The position numbers and the translations under genes were made by a program. Below are positions 1 through 8,031 of a stretch of DNA of 11,331 bases, in pieces (the stretch's first letter is position 1; each line of letters opens with the position of its first letter). Where the stretch lies: positions 1 to 11,331 of the forward strand of contig JBDGSM010000031.1 of NCBI GenBank assembly GCA_042217545.1. Reading direction: 5' to 3'. This stretch comes from Candidatus Nanohalobium sp. (GTDB taxonomy: Archaea; Nanohalarchaeota; Nanosalinia; Nanosalinales; Nanosalinaceae). The notes beneath the pieces are model-generated. The model saw only the letters and a program-made list of their open reading frames with translations. It was not told the DNA's origin and did not search any database.

Positions 1-1188
1 ATGAACATGGTGAATCAGCCCAGCAGTTTGAAAACTCAGTATATCTATGCGGGTAACTCGGTTCATCCTGATGGTCCTGTTAATTCATCTGTTATCAGCG
101 ACACGGATCCTGGTGTCTTTCTGGGCCTGTTGAGTATCGCGTACCTGTTTGGCAATGATTTCGCCGGAAACGGTGAAACTGAACCTGACGGTGCTGTGAT
201 GGAGGTGCAGGTGCCTTCGGAGGAAGTAGGAACTCTTATCGCACCAAAGGTTGTCCGATTGAACTCCTCGAACTGGAAGGTGAGTCCCGGCAGCTATGTA
301 GGGAAGTCTAACAGTCGTGCGATCCTTGAGGAGCTGGAGAGAGATGCTCAAAGGATGAATATGGATAATCCGAGAGAGATCTACAGAGAATACCTCAGGA
401 AATGTGCACAGGCAGAAAGCTACGATCAAATATTCCAGGCAGGAATAATTCACTGGGCGATCCCCCATGAGATGCAGATTAACCGGATAACAGCTGTCTG
501 GGATCTGGATTACTCCCAGAAACCTGCATGGGAAAGCCTTGGAGAATACATCAGATCCATCAGGGAGAAGTCTCCGGAGAAAGTGCCTGAAGGCAGAAAA
601 GGTAACACCCTCAGGACCAAGATCAAGAGGCACGCACAGAGCTCGGAGAACGTACTGGAGATACTGGAGGAAGTGGAGAACCTTCTCCTGAACATCAAGG
701 TGAACACGGAGAAAGCGAAGAAAGATCACAAGACGCCAGCTTACTACAGAAAACACCAGAAGGAGATAATACAGCACCTGGAACTTTACGAGGAGAAGCT
801 TTCACAGCTTAAACAGGCGATGGAGAACGATCTCGGGATACAGGTCGATTTCCAGACTGTGGACTCCATGGACAAGTTCCTTAAAGAACTTAAATTCTGG
901 CACGAGCACGCGGAGGGAATAACAGAAAGGATCGCAGAAATGATCGACGAAGAGAAAAGCAGAGCTCACAAAGAGGACTGGGACCGCGAAGAAGTCGAAA
1001 AAGAAGAGAGGTTCGAGGAAAGGATGGATGAAGAGATCAGCGACGACATATCCAAACTACCTGAGTTCACACCTGTCATAGAGTACCTTCAGCAGAACGA
1101 CATATACGAGCACTCCACAGGCTCTGTGGACTCAAAAATCCTCAACTTCATGGACGCCGTAGGATTCAAGAACCAACCAGAAACCTGA
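1..1188 (+). CDS. Hypothetical acidic protein; possible ADP-ribosyltransferase-fold N-terminal domain plus helical/coiled-coil C-terminus (true start may lie upstream of the window)
   Basis: 395-aa ORF with halophile-like acidic composition. Motif order IYAGNS ... PGVFLG...IAYLFG ... GAVMEVQVP ... HWAIPHEMQINRITAVW resembles ART-fold strands. The C-terminal half is E/K-rich and helical. The function is an inference; the CDS itself is well supported. Confidence 0.75.
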   Translation: MNMVNQPSSLKTQYIYAGNSVHPDGPVNSSVISDTDPGVFLGLLSIAYLFGNDFAGNGETEPDGAVMEVQVPSEEVGTLIAPKVVRLNSSNWKVSPGSYVGKSNSRAILEELERDAQRMNMDNPREIYREYLRKCAQAESYDQIFQAGIIHWAIPHEMQINRITAVWDLDYSQKPAWESLGEYIRSIREKSPEKVPEGRKGNTLRTKIKRHAQSSENVLEILEEVENLLLNIKVNTEKAKKDHKTPAYYRKHQKEIIQHLELYEEKLSQLKQAMENDLGIQVDFQTVDSMDKFLKELKFWHEHAEGITERIAEMIDEEKSRAHKEDWDREEVEKEERFEERMDEEISDDISKLPEFTPVIEYLQQNDIYEHSTGSVDSKILNFMDAVGFKNQPET

Positions 1189-1194
1189 CAGCTA

Positions 1195-2067
1195 TCACAT
1201 CTCACGCAGCCTTTCGATCCTCTTCTCCAGAGGAGGATGCGTGGAAAAGAAAGAGGCCCTGTTCTTCAAAGGGTTCGAGAAGTACAGGTGTGAAACCGCT
1301 TTGTTGACGTCCATCTTCTGATCCTTCTGCTGCTGGATCTTCTCCAGCGCCGAGGCGAGGCCTTCGGGGTAGCGTGTCATCTCAGCGCCTGATGCGTCGG
1401 CGAGGTATTCTCTTTTACGTGATATTGCGAGCTGTACCATTCTTGCGCTTATTGGTGCGAGTACTGCGAGTATGAGGCCTGCTGCTATTGCCCATGGTGG
1501 TGCGTCTCTGTCTCCGGCACCGAAGAACATGCTGTGGAGCAGTAGTTCGCTTAGTATGCTTATCATGCCGATGAGGGCTACTGCTATGGTCATGAACATT
1601 ATGTCCTGGTTTTTGATGTGGGAGAGTTCATGTGCCAGGACGCCTTCAAGTTCGTCTTTATCCAGTCTTTCCAGTGCTCCTGTGGTTACGCAGACTTTGC
1701 CGTCCTCAGGTTTCCTGCCTGTGGCGAAGGCGTTTATCCTGTCGTCTTCCTGTACGTATAGTTCTGGTTTCGGCATACCTGATGAGATCGTAAGGCCTTC
1801 CATCAGGTCGTAGAGCCGCCTGTACCTGTCTTTGTCGGCTTTTTCTGCTCCGACAACGGAGAGTATCATCTCATCGCTCCGGAAGTAAGAGAAAAGTACG
1901 TAGAGGACTGAGATCGCTGATCCTGCGGCCAGGATCAGGAAAGGGCTCATCCTCGGTACGAAGATCTTTCCTGTAACAAATATCAGGCCCAGAAGTATCA
2001 GAGGTACTATGAAAAGCAGTGCGTAGCTCTTTCTGCGGTTCCATTTGATCTGGTCTTCCAGCATCAT
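1195..2067 (-). CDS. htpX: HtpX-type M48 membrane zinc metalloprotease
   Basis: N-terminal TM helices, INAFATG, LEGVLAHELSH (HExxH), AISRKREYLADASG and STHPPLEKRI motifs; directly downstream of lemA, a common pairing. Confidence 0.95.
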   Translation of the reverse strand: MMLEDQIKWNRRKSYALLFIVPLILLGLIFVTGKIFVPRMSPFLILAAGSAISVLYVLFSYFRSDEMILSVVGAEKADKDRYRRLYDLMEGLTISSGMPKPELYVQEDDRINAFATGRKPEDGKVCVTTGALERLDKDELEGVLAHELSHIKNQDIMFMTIAVALIGMISILSELLLHSMFFGAGDRDAPPWAIAAGLILAVLAPISARMVQLAISRKREYLADASGAEMTRYPEGLASALEKIQQQKDQKMDVNKAVSHLYFSNPLKNRASFFSTHPPLEKRIERLREM

Positions 2068-2073
2068 CGTACT

Positions 2074-2637
2074 TTATTCCTGGGAGAAGTCTACTTCGGG
2101 TAGTTCCCGGTCCGCAGTCTCTATCTCAAGCTGGTTCTTCTCGCTCTTCCCCAGCATGTTTGCAAACATCACGGCCGGGAAGGTCTCGATAGCATTGTTG
2201 TACTCCATAACTGCGTCGTTGTAGTGCTGTCGGGAGTAGGCGATCTTGTTCTCGATACTTGAAAGCTCTTCCTGGAGCTGCTGGAAGTTCTCTGAAGCCT
2301 TCAGGTCCGGATAGTTCTCGGCGACCGCGAATAGGGATTTCAGGGCCTGACCCATCTCGTTTCCTGCCTTGGCCTCTTCCTCAGGGCTCTGCGCATTAAT
2401 CATTTTTTCACGGCTTTCCGAGACTTTCTCCATAACCTCTTTCTCATGCTCCATGTATCCTTCCACAGTCTCCTGCAGGTTAGGTACGAGATCAGCACGT
2501 TTCTTCAGCTGGACATCTATCTGAGCCCAGGAGTTATCCACCCTGTTCTCCAGCTTTACAATCCTGTTGTAGTAGTAAACAACTATCAAGGCAAGCAGGA
2601 CAACTATCCCGCCGACGATGTAAGGTAAAAGTGACAT
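2074..2637 (-). CDS. lemA: LemA family membrane-anchored protein
   Basis: N-terminal TM, then YN...NSWAQIDVQLKKRADLVPNL, AVAENYPDLKASENF, ENKIAYSRQHYNDAV, FP. Confidence 0.96.
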   Translation of the reverse strand: MSLLPYIVGGIVVLLALIVVYYYNRIVKLENRVDNSWAQIDVQLKKRADLVPNLQETVEGYMEHEKEVMEKVSESREKMINAQSPEEEAKAGNEMGQALKSLFAVAENYPDLKASENFQQLQEELSSIENKIAYSRQHYNDAVMEYNNAIETFPAVMFANMLGKSEKNQLEIETADRELPEVDFSQE

Positions 2638-2660
2638 AGAAACAGAACTTCACTTGTAAA

Positions 2661-2667
2661 CTTAAAA
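2661..2667 (-). promoter_or_regulatory. Archaeal TATA box for lemA-htpX (leaderless)
   Basis: TTTTAAG on the minus strand, 24-30 nt upstream of the ATG at 2637. Confidence 0.6.
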
Positions 2668-2728
2668 GCTGTTCGCTTCAGAAACGGAAACCCAGAACTC
2701 AAGGCCTGAACCAGACAATACCATGGAA

Positions 2729-3211
2729 CTACTGCAGCTTCTTCCTCATCACTTTCTGCCTGATCTCGCTGCCGTTAAGCTCCGTAACCTCCTCTTTTTC
2801 CTCCTCAAAACCTTTATACTGATAAAAACCAAGTCCCTTGCGGTTCTCACTCATAACCTCCAGTTTAACCACTTTACCGCCTCTATCGACTATTTCCTTC
2901 TCCGCTCTATCGTAGAGTGCTGATCCCAGGCCTTCACCCTGATTGCTAGGCCTCAGGTAGAGCCTGTGCAGATGCGCCTCTTCCCCTTTGACCGATGCAT
3001 GCACATAACCTGCTATCCTTCCTTCAACTTCCGCTACAAAGAATATTGGCTCTTTCACCTGCTGCCTGAGATCTTTGGTAGAGTACCAGTCGTTTACAAT
3101 ACCTTCGATCGTTTCCTCCGGGATAATACCTGAGTAAGTGTCCTGCCAGGACTCTCTGGCGACTTCACGAATTTCTTCAATGTCCTCATGGTCCGCGTGA
3201 CGTACAGTCAT
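2729..3211 (-). CDS. GNAT family N-acetyltransferase
   Basis: LHRLYLRPSNQGEGLGSAL acetyl-CoA motif A, N..GLGFYQYKGF motif B, N-terminal SWQDTYSGII; ATGA overlap with the upstream S66 gene at 3208-3211. Confidence 0.92.
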   Translation of the reverse strand: MTVRHADHEDIEEIREVARESWQDTYSGIIPEETIEGIVNDWYSTKDLRQQVKEPIFFVAEVEGRIAGYVHASVKGEEAHLHRLYLRPSNQGEGLGSALYDRAEKEIVDRGGKVVKLEVMSENRKGLGFYQYKGFEEEKEEVTELNGSEIRQKVMRKKLQ

Positions 3212-4257
3212 CTCTGGAACTCCAGAGCTTTCTCCTCAGGCCTTAAAACGATTTTACCTCCCAGCTGAAGAGGAATCTTTGGATCAGTATGCCCGAAATC
3301 TACATCGAAAACCACGGGAGTCCCGGGACAGTACCTCTCAACTTCCTCCCTGATTCTCTGCTTCTGCTTCCTGTGGTACTCCTCTTTCTCCTCCAGGGTT
3401 TTCTCCTCTCCATGAAGACTCTGCCTAACAGGCCTTCCGACCATTATGGCCTTAAACTTCTGCAGAAATCCTTTCTCGCCCATACACATCAGCCATCGCT
3501 TTACTTCAGCCTCTGAAGGAGCTTCCTCCGAGGTCTCCAGCGCCAGGACATCCCCTGGAACATCTTCCTCATCCAGAAGGCCTGATGCCAGTTGCCAGTG
3601 CAGTATCTCGAAGCATCCGCCGAAAAGCCTTCCTGAGACAGGACCCGAGAAGTTCCAGAACTCCCAGCCCGGGTTCTCAAATCTTTCACGTGTATCCGAT
3701 ATCTCTTCGCCCTCTATATCCACGAAACCATCGGCAAACCCCTCCGAGGCCTCGATCTTTCCCAGGCTGTCCTGGAAGAAGGCCTTTTCCAGGTTTTTGA
3801 AAGTATACTCTGCCAGTTCTCCTTCCGCCATAAGATCAGCTACGAACTGCCCTCCGTAAAAGCTCTCGAGCCCTAACTGGTTCAGGAAGATGTGAAGATT
3901 GGTGTTGTCGCTTAAACCGTAGAAACGTGTCGGATTTTTCTCCAGGCGCTCAGATTCGAGATGTTTCAGAACTCTGAGCTGTTCATCTCCGCCGGTCACG
4001 GCTACAACTCCTTTGATCTCCGGATCCTCGAAGGCCTCCATGATCTCCTCGGCTTTCTCCGCCGGATGCTCATTCAGGTACTCTGTACTTTTTTCTGCAG
4101 TGCTGTAGACCACTGGCTCAAGTTCAAACCGGTTTTCCAGGAGTTCAAGGCCTCTTTCAAATGCGGCAGGGAAGCGTTCTATACCTCCGGAGGTTCCCAG
4201 GACTGCTACTTTATCTCCTCTCTCAAGTTTATCCGGTGAAATCATCTCTTCAGCCAT
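3208..4257 (-). CDS. S66 family serine peptidase (MccF / LD-carboxypeptidase-like)
   Basis: P.KL..GDKVA, TGGD, FYGLSDNT (catalytic Ser), SGRLFGGC, LETSEE (Glu), DFGHTDP (His), LGG: intact Ser-Glu-His triad. Confidence 0.93.
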   Translation of the reverse strand: MAEEMISPDKLERGDKVAVLGTSGGIERFPAAFERGLELLENRFELEPVVYSTAEKSTEYLNEHPAEKAEEIMEAFEDPEIKGVVAVTGGDEQLRVLKHLESERLEKNPTRFYGLSDNTNLHIFLNQLGLESFYGGQFVADLMAEGELAEYTFKNLEKAFFQDSLGKIEASEGFADGFVDIEGEEISDTRERFENPGWEFWNFSGPVSGRLFGGCFEILHWQLASGLLDEEDVPGDVLALETSEEAPSEAEVKRWLMCMGEKGFLQKFKAIMVGRPVRQSLHGEEKTLEEKEEYHRKQKQRIREEVERYCPGTPVVFDVDFGHTDPKIPLQLGGKIVLRPEEKALEFQR

Positions 4258-4786
4258 CGTATTCGTTCTCCAGAATGCTCATCCAGTGTGCGTCCTTCCA
4301 TTCTCCATCTACGTACTTGTAATCTCTCTCCGTTCCTTCCTCCTGGAAACCTGCTTTCTCCATAACTCTTTTCGAGGCCTCGTTACCGTCCAGATATGCT
4401 CCACGTATCTTGTGCCTGTTCAGAGTTTCAAAGCCGTATTTCACAGCCAGCTTCAGCGATACAGTCATGATTCCCTGGCCGTGGAAAGCTGGTTCAAGGA
4501 AGTAGCCGACTGCGGACCTTCCGTAGTCCTTGTCAAGACCGCCAAGGAAGATATGCCCGGCTTTTTCACCCTGGTACTCTATCAGGAAGTGGACTGTATC
4601 GCTGTTGCCCCTCTCCTGCTCTATGTAATCTTTTTCTGCTTCAAGGCTTACAGGCTTTGGCGCGCTCCCCAGGAAAGGCCTTACCTCCATGCCCGTTAAT
4701 GTGTCGCGGAGAAATTCGGCGTCGCTTTTCTCCACAGGCCTCAGAATAATTTCTCCGTCCTGGAGGAACTTGTTTTCTCTACTCAT
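4250..4786 (-). CDS. RimJ/RimL family GNAT acetyltransferase
   Basis: LRPVEKSD, VGYFLEPAFHGQGIMT, NEASKRVMEKAGFQEEG, YVDGEWKD. Start placed at ATG 4786 (MSRENK) rather than 4798 because GGTGA lies 8 nt upstream and the ATG overlaps the end of the previous gene. Confidence 0.92.
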   Translation of the reverse strand: MSRENKFLQDGEIILRPVEKSDAEFLRDTLTGMEVRPFLGSAPKPVSLEAEKDYIEQERGNSDTVHFLIEYQGEKAGHIFLGGLDKDYGRSAVGYFLEPAFHGQGIMTVSLKLAVKYGFETLNRHKIRGAYLDGNEASKRVMEKAGFQEEGTERDYKYVDGEWKDAHWMSILENEYDG

Positions 4787-5312
4787 CTCGGTGTTCACCC
4801 TTCAGTTTTCCGAAGTAAACTGCGTCCCGGTACTCTCCCTCGGTGTAAACGTGTTCCCTCAGTCTTCCCTCCTGTTCGAACCCGAGTTTCCTCCAGATGC
4901 TCTGTGAAGCCTCGTTCTCGGAGTGGGCTCGTGCATAGATTTTGTGGTAGTTGAGCTGGTTGAAGCCGTAATCCGTCATTATACTTGATGCTTCGGTGCC
5001 GTAACCGTTTCCATGGTAGTTAGGGTGCAGCCAGATTCCGATTTCCGCCACCTTTGACTCCTCACTATGCTGGTTTAGAGAGATTATGCCCATCGGTTCC
5101 TCTCCGCGGCATATAAGCAGGTGCACATCATCTTCATCTCTTATGACGTCCTGGAAGAACTCCTCTTCATCTTCAAGGTTCTGAGGTCTCCTGTTCAGCA
5201 TGTGAACCCGTACATCAGGGTGATTTACGCCATCTCTCAGGAACTCGATATCATCTTTTTCTACAGTCCTTAAATGCACGTTCTCTCCCTCGAGGAATAC
5301 ATTACCGGGCAT
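4779..5312 (-). CDS. RimJ/RimL family GNAT acetyltransferase (paralog of 4250-4786)
   Basis: MPGNVFLEGENVHLRTVEKDD, EIGIWLHPNYHGNGYGTEA, NEASQSIWRKLGFEQEGRLREH. Confidence 0.94.
   Translation of the reverse strand: MPGNVFLEGENVHLRTVEKDDIEFLRDGVNHPDVRVHMLNRRPQNLEDEEEFFQDVIRDEDDVHLLICRGEEPMGIISLNQHSEESKVAEIGIWLHPNYHGNGYGTEASSIMTDYGFNQLNYHKIYARAHSENEASQSIWRKLGFEQEGRLREHVYTEGEYRDAVYFGKLKGEHRDE
4795..4799 (-). promoter_or_regulatory. Archaeal Shine-Dalgarno for the ATG at 4786
   Basis: Minus strand reads GGTGA-ACACCGAG-ATG, for an internal gene of an operon. Confidence 0.55.
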
Positions 5313-5333
5313 AAACCAAAATTTGAACCGCTC

Positions 5334-5341
5334 GTATAAAA
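5334..5341 (-). promoter_or_regulatory. TATA box for the GNAT-GNAT-S66-GNAT operon
   Basis: TTTTATAC on the minus strand, 22-29 nt upstream of ATG 5312. Confidence 0.6.
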
Positions 5342-5372
5342 CCGTACCCGGAAAACCGCGGGCAACCCATGG

Positions 5373-5378
5373 TTATAA
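5373..5378 (+). promoter_or_regulatory. TATA box for the SdpI-family gene
   Basis: TTATAA 27-32 nt upstream of ATG 5405. Confidence 0.55.
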
Positions 5379-5404
5379 CAGAATCACCCCCCGAAAAGTT
5401 CCTC

Positions 5405-6046
5405 ATGGACTCGCAAAAGAAAGAATACCTTGTAGCAGCAGTATTCGCACTCATGGCAGGTATAACCGTCTACGGCTTCCTGAACATCCAGGGCGACATA
5501 GCCGTACATTTCAACGCATCAGGCCAGCCCAACAACACTATGAGCAAATTTTCAGGCCTCATGATCCTGCCAGTCATATCTATAGCTGTCTACCTTCTCA
5601 TAATGTATCTTACGAGTATCGATCCGCTCAAGGAAAACGTTGAAAACTTCAGGCCTTCCCTGAAAGGCCTTGCAATCTTTATCACAGGATTCCTTACATA
5701 CATCCAGGGAATGATAGTATTCTGGAACCTGGGATACTCATTCAACGTTTCAGCTGCTATAACGCCAGGGATCGCCGTCATGTTCTACGCGATGGGCGTG
5801 CTGTGTGACAGGGCGGAGAGAAACTGGTTCATAGGTGTGAGAACTCCGTGGACGTTGAGCAGCGACGAGGTCTGGAGAAAGACTCACAGGAAGGCTGCGC
5901 CACTGTTCAAGCTTTCAGGTCTGATCGCTTTAGGCGGCCTGGTATTCCCCCAGTACCTTCTTGCATTTGTACTGATCCCTGTGATAGCTGTATCTATCTA
6001 TGCAACTGTTTACAGCTTCAAGGCCTACAGGGATCTCGAGAAATAG
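5405..6046 (+). CDS. SdpI family immunity membrane protein (DUF1648 + SdpI domains)
   Basis: IAVHFNASGQPN (DUF1648), IDPLKEN, RNWFIGVRTPWTLSSDEVWRKTHR (SdpI) and about 6 TM helices. Start moved from 5369 to ATG 5405 because a TATA box sits inside the longer ORF start. Confidence 0.92.
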   Translation: MDSQKKEYLVAAVFALMAGITVYGFLNIQGDIAVHFNASGQPNNTMSKFSGLMILPVISIAVYLLIMYLTSIDPLKENVENFRPSLKGLAIFITGFLTYIQGMIVFWNLGYSFNVSAAITPGIAVMFYAMGVLCDRAERNWFIGVRTPWTLSSDEVWRKTHRKAAPLFKLSGLIALGGLVFPQYLLAFVLIPVIAVSIYATVYSFKAYRDLEK

Positions 6047-6047
6047 T

Positions 6048-6248
6048 TTATTTTCTCCTGTACTGGTAGGTTTTCAAGCCTATGTAGTAAATAACTGTTA
6101 TCCCAAACGATAGAGGGATTGGCGAGATATTGAAGAAGTACTGTGCCAGTGGAGGAACCAGGAGCCAGAATAGCAGCAGGAAGACTGCGACTGCAAACTT
6201 TTTCGGCCTCTCACTTGCCGTCTCCCTGATCTTATCCATGTAGCCCAT
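6048..6248 (-). CDS. Small two-TM membrane protein, hypothetical
   Basis: 66 aa with two hydrophobic segments flanked by basic residues; TTAAAA box at 6274-6279 on the minus strand; fills the gap between neighbouring genes. Confidence 0.7.
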   Translation of the reverse strand: MGYMDKIRETASERPKKFAVAVFLLLFWLLVPPLAQYFFNISPIPLSFGITVIYYIGLKTYQYRRK

Positions 6249-6289
6249 GTAGAAATTTAGTTGCGGTGAAAGGTTTTAACGTCAGGCCC

Positions 6290-7540
6290 TTATTCTGTTC
6301 TCTGCCTGTTTACTTCCTCTATGCTTACCTGGTCTCTCAGCAGGGAGTTCAGGAAATGCTCCAGTTCTATCATCTTTTTCTGTTTCCTGTCCTGTTTCCT
6401 GTTCCTCTTCTCCTCCAGGTCACGGACGGTGTCCTTCTTCTCCATCAGGTCGTTTTCAAGCCGCTGCTTCTTCTGCTTCAGCTCGTCCTTTCTCTCATCT
6501 ATCTCTATCTCCTCAAGTCTCTCTTCAACGTCCTCCAGCTCTCCGGACAGTTCCTCGATCCCATCCATATGCTGTTCGAATTCCTCAAAGTACTTCGCCG
6601 CGTCCACAAACTTTTTCTCCTGTCTTTCCCCTAGAAAGTCCTCCTGCCTGATCCTCTTGATGGCCTCACGTACCTCATCCGACGGATCGGAGAGTTCCTC
6701 GATATCCTCGTCTTTCAGCTTCTTCAACATGTTTAGACGGCCTTCAAATGTCAGGCCTTCGTTTTCAATGTTGTAGATAAGTTTTTTCAGACCTCTCTCC
6801 ATCTTTGAGGCCTCTTCCCGGATTTCAGCTTTTCTCCGCTTCCTCTTCTTTTCCAGCTCCTTTTTCTCTTTCTCCAGGGATTTCATATGCTGCCATTCAT
6901 CGGTATCCTCTACCTTTTCGATCTCTTTCTCGGTGCTTTCGAGATCAGCCTTAATGCTCCGTGTATCCTTGCCTTCGAGAGCTTTCTCCGCTTCCTCCAG
7001 GTCTTCATCCGCTTCTTCTATCTCGTTCACGTAGTCCTTCACCATTTCAAGCTGGACCACGACCTGATACTGGGTTTCGACGAAGTCCTCCATCTTCTCC
7101 TCATGCTTAACCAAGCGGTCCAGAGCGTTGGAGAGCTCTGGAGCATCCTTGTGGACGTATCTCATGACCTCGCCTTCCTTCCGTGAGACATCGTTGAAAT
7201 CCTCAACAAAGTTGTGAAGATCCTCAAGATGCTCCTCGGTATCTTCAGAAGGATCAAAGTCTTCGACAAGCCGTTTCCTGGATCTGTAGAAGTTCTGCGC
7301 TACATCCTTCACCACCTTCAGGCGTTTGGAGTCCTCGTAATCGTTGAACGCTTCAAGGCCTTCCGCTATTTCTTTCCTGATCTCTTCAGTCGTCTCCCTG
7401 AAATCTTTCTCCCTTCTTTTTGCAGTCTCCAGGTCTCTCGACTTCTTCTGGCTGAAAAGTTCCGGTGCATCACGCCACGAGATCTCGATGTTCTCTGCCT
7501 GTGAACCCAGTTTATCCTTCAGTTTTTCGACAATTCCCAT
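6290..7540 (-). CDS. Long acidic coiled-coil protein, hypothetical
   Basis: About 416 aa, E/K-rich heptad character, no Walker motif. ATG 7540 preferred over TTG 7546 because TATAAG (minus, 7565-7570) lies 25-30 nt upstream. Confidence 0.85.
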   Translation of the reverse strand: MGIVEKLKDKLGSQAENIEISWRDAPELFSQKKSRDLETAKRREKDFRETTEEIRKEIAEGLEAFNDYEDSKRLKVVKDVAQNFYRSRKRLVEDFDPSEDTEEHLEDLHNFVEDFNDVSRKEGEVMRYVHKDAPELSNALDRLVKHEEKMEDFVETQYQVVVQLEMVKDYVNEIEEADEDLEEAEKALEGKDTRSIKADLESTEKEIEKVEDTDEWQHMKSLEKEKKELEKKRKRRKAEIREEASKMERGLKKLIYNIENEGLTFEGRLNMLKKLKDEDIEELSDPSDEVREAIKRIRQEDFLGERQEKKFVDAAKYFEEFEQHMDGIEELSGELEDVEERLEEIEIDERKDELKQKKQRLENDLMEKKDTVRDLEEKRNRKQDRKQKKMIELEHFLNSLLRDQVSIEEVNRQRTE

Positions 7541-7573
7541 AACCAAGGGAAAGGGCTCCAGAGACTTATACCT

Positions 7574-7921
7574 TTAACCTGGACGGAACTCGCTGATCTC
7601 GAAGTTATCCCTGAGAACGTCCTCTACCCGGGAAAGTCGCTCCATATCAGTGTCCTTCGGCAGGAAACGCTTCCTGGAAGAGGTCCTGGACTCGATAACG
7701 CCCAGATGTTCCAGCGCATTCAGTGAAGAACCAGCGGAGGAAACAGTCAGCGGAAAGTTCTCGGCAACCTTCGAAGAAGTGAAAGAAAGACCCTGCTTCA
7801 CCGCAAAATAACGGACAGCAGCCCTGATAACGTAGAAATTCCTGGTCAAGGCCTGGAACTGCCTGCCATGAAGATCCTTGACTCTTACAACATCCTCCTT
7901 CAACTCAGAAAGTTCCTGCAT
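7574..7921 (-). CDS. Putative winged helix-turn-helix DNA-binding protein
   Basis: FTSSKVAENFPLTVSSAGSSLNALEHLGVIESRTSSRKRF fits an HTH plus wing. ATG 7921 (MQELSEL) preferred, with TTTTTTAC at 7949-7956 on the minus strand. Confidence 0.72.
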   Translation of the reverse strand: MQELSELKEDVVRVKDLHGRQFQALTRNFYVIRAAVRYFAVKQGLSFTSSKVAENFPLTVSSAGSSLNALEHLGVIESRTSSRKRFLPKDTDMERLSRVEDVLRDNFEISEFRPG

Positions 7922-8031
7922 GGGTACACAACCATCCGCGCTCCACACGTAAAAAATACCCGGCAGAAAGGAAATCCACCCCAACATACTATATTTTTAT
8001 TAGTGTAAGGTAACAAATATTTTTTCGACAG

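Noticed and set aside
85..777. 230-aa and 65-aa minus-strand ORFs
   Set aside because: Antisense shadows of the acidic 1-1188 gene; the L/F/S-rich composition is what the reverse of E/K codons gives.
1472..4907. Plus-strand ORFs overlapping htpX, lemA, the GNATs and S66
   Set aside because: They lie opposite genes with clear family motifs and show no motifs or halophilic composition.
5323..6069. Alternative-frame ORFs 5323-5643, 5590-5781 and 5848-6069
   Set aside because: They overlap the well-supported SdpI gene, and none looks like a cognate toxin peptide.
6290..7540. SMC/Rad50/SbcC assignment for the coiled-coil protein
   Set aside because: No Walker A/B, signature motif or CxxC hook is visible.
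6266..7577. Plus-strand Ser/Leu/Phe-rich ORFs
   Set aside because: Antisense artefacts of the coiled-coil gene.
7983..8022. Imperfect inverted repeat and AAATATTT palindrome between the wHTH gene and 8032
   Set aside because: Too short and AT-rich to distinguish from ordinary promoter sequence.
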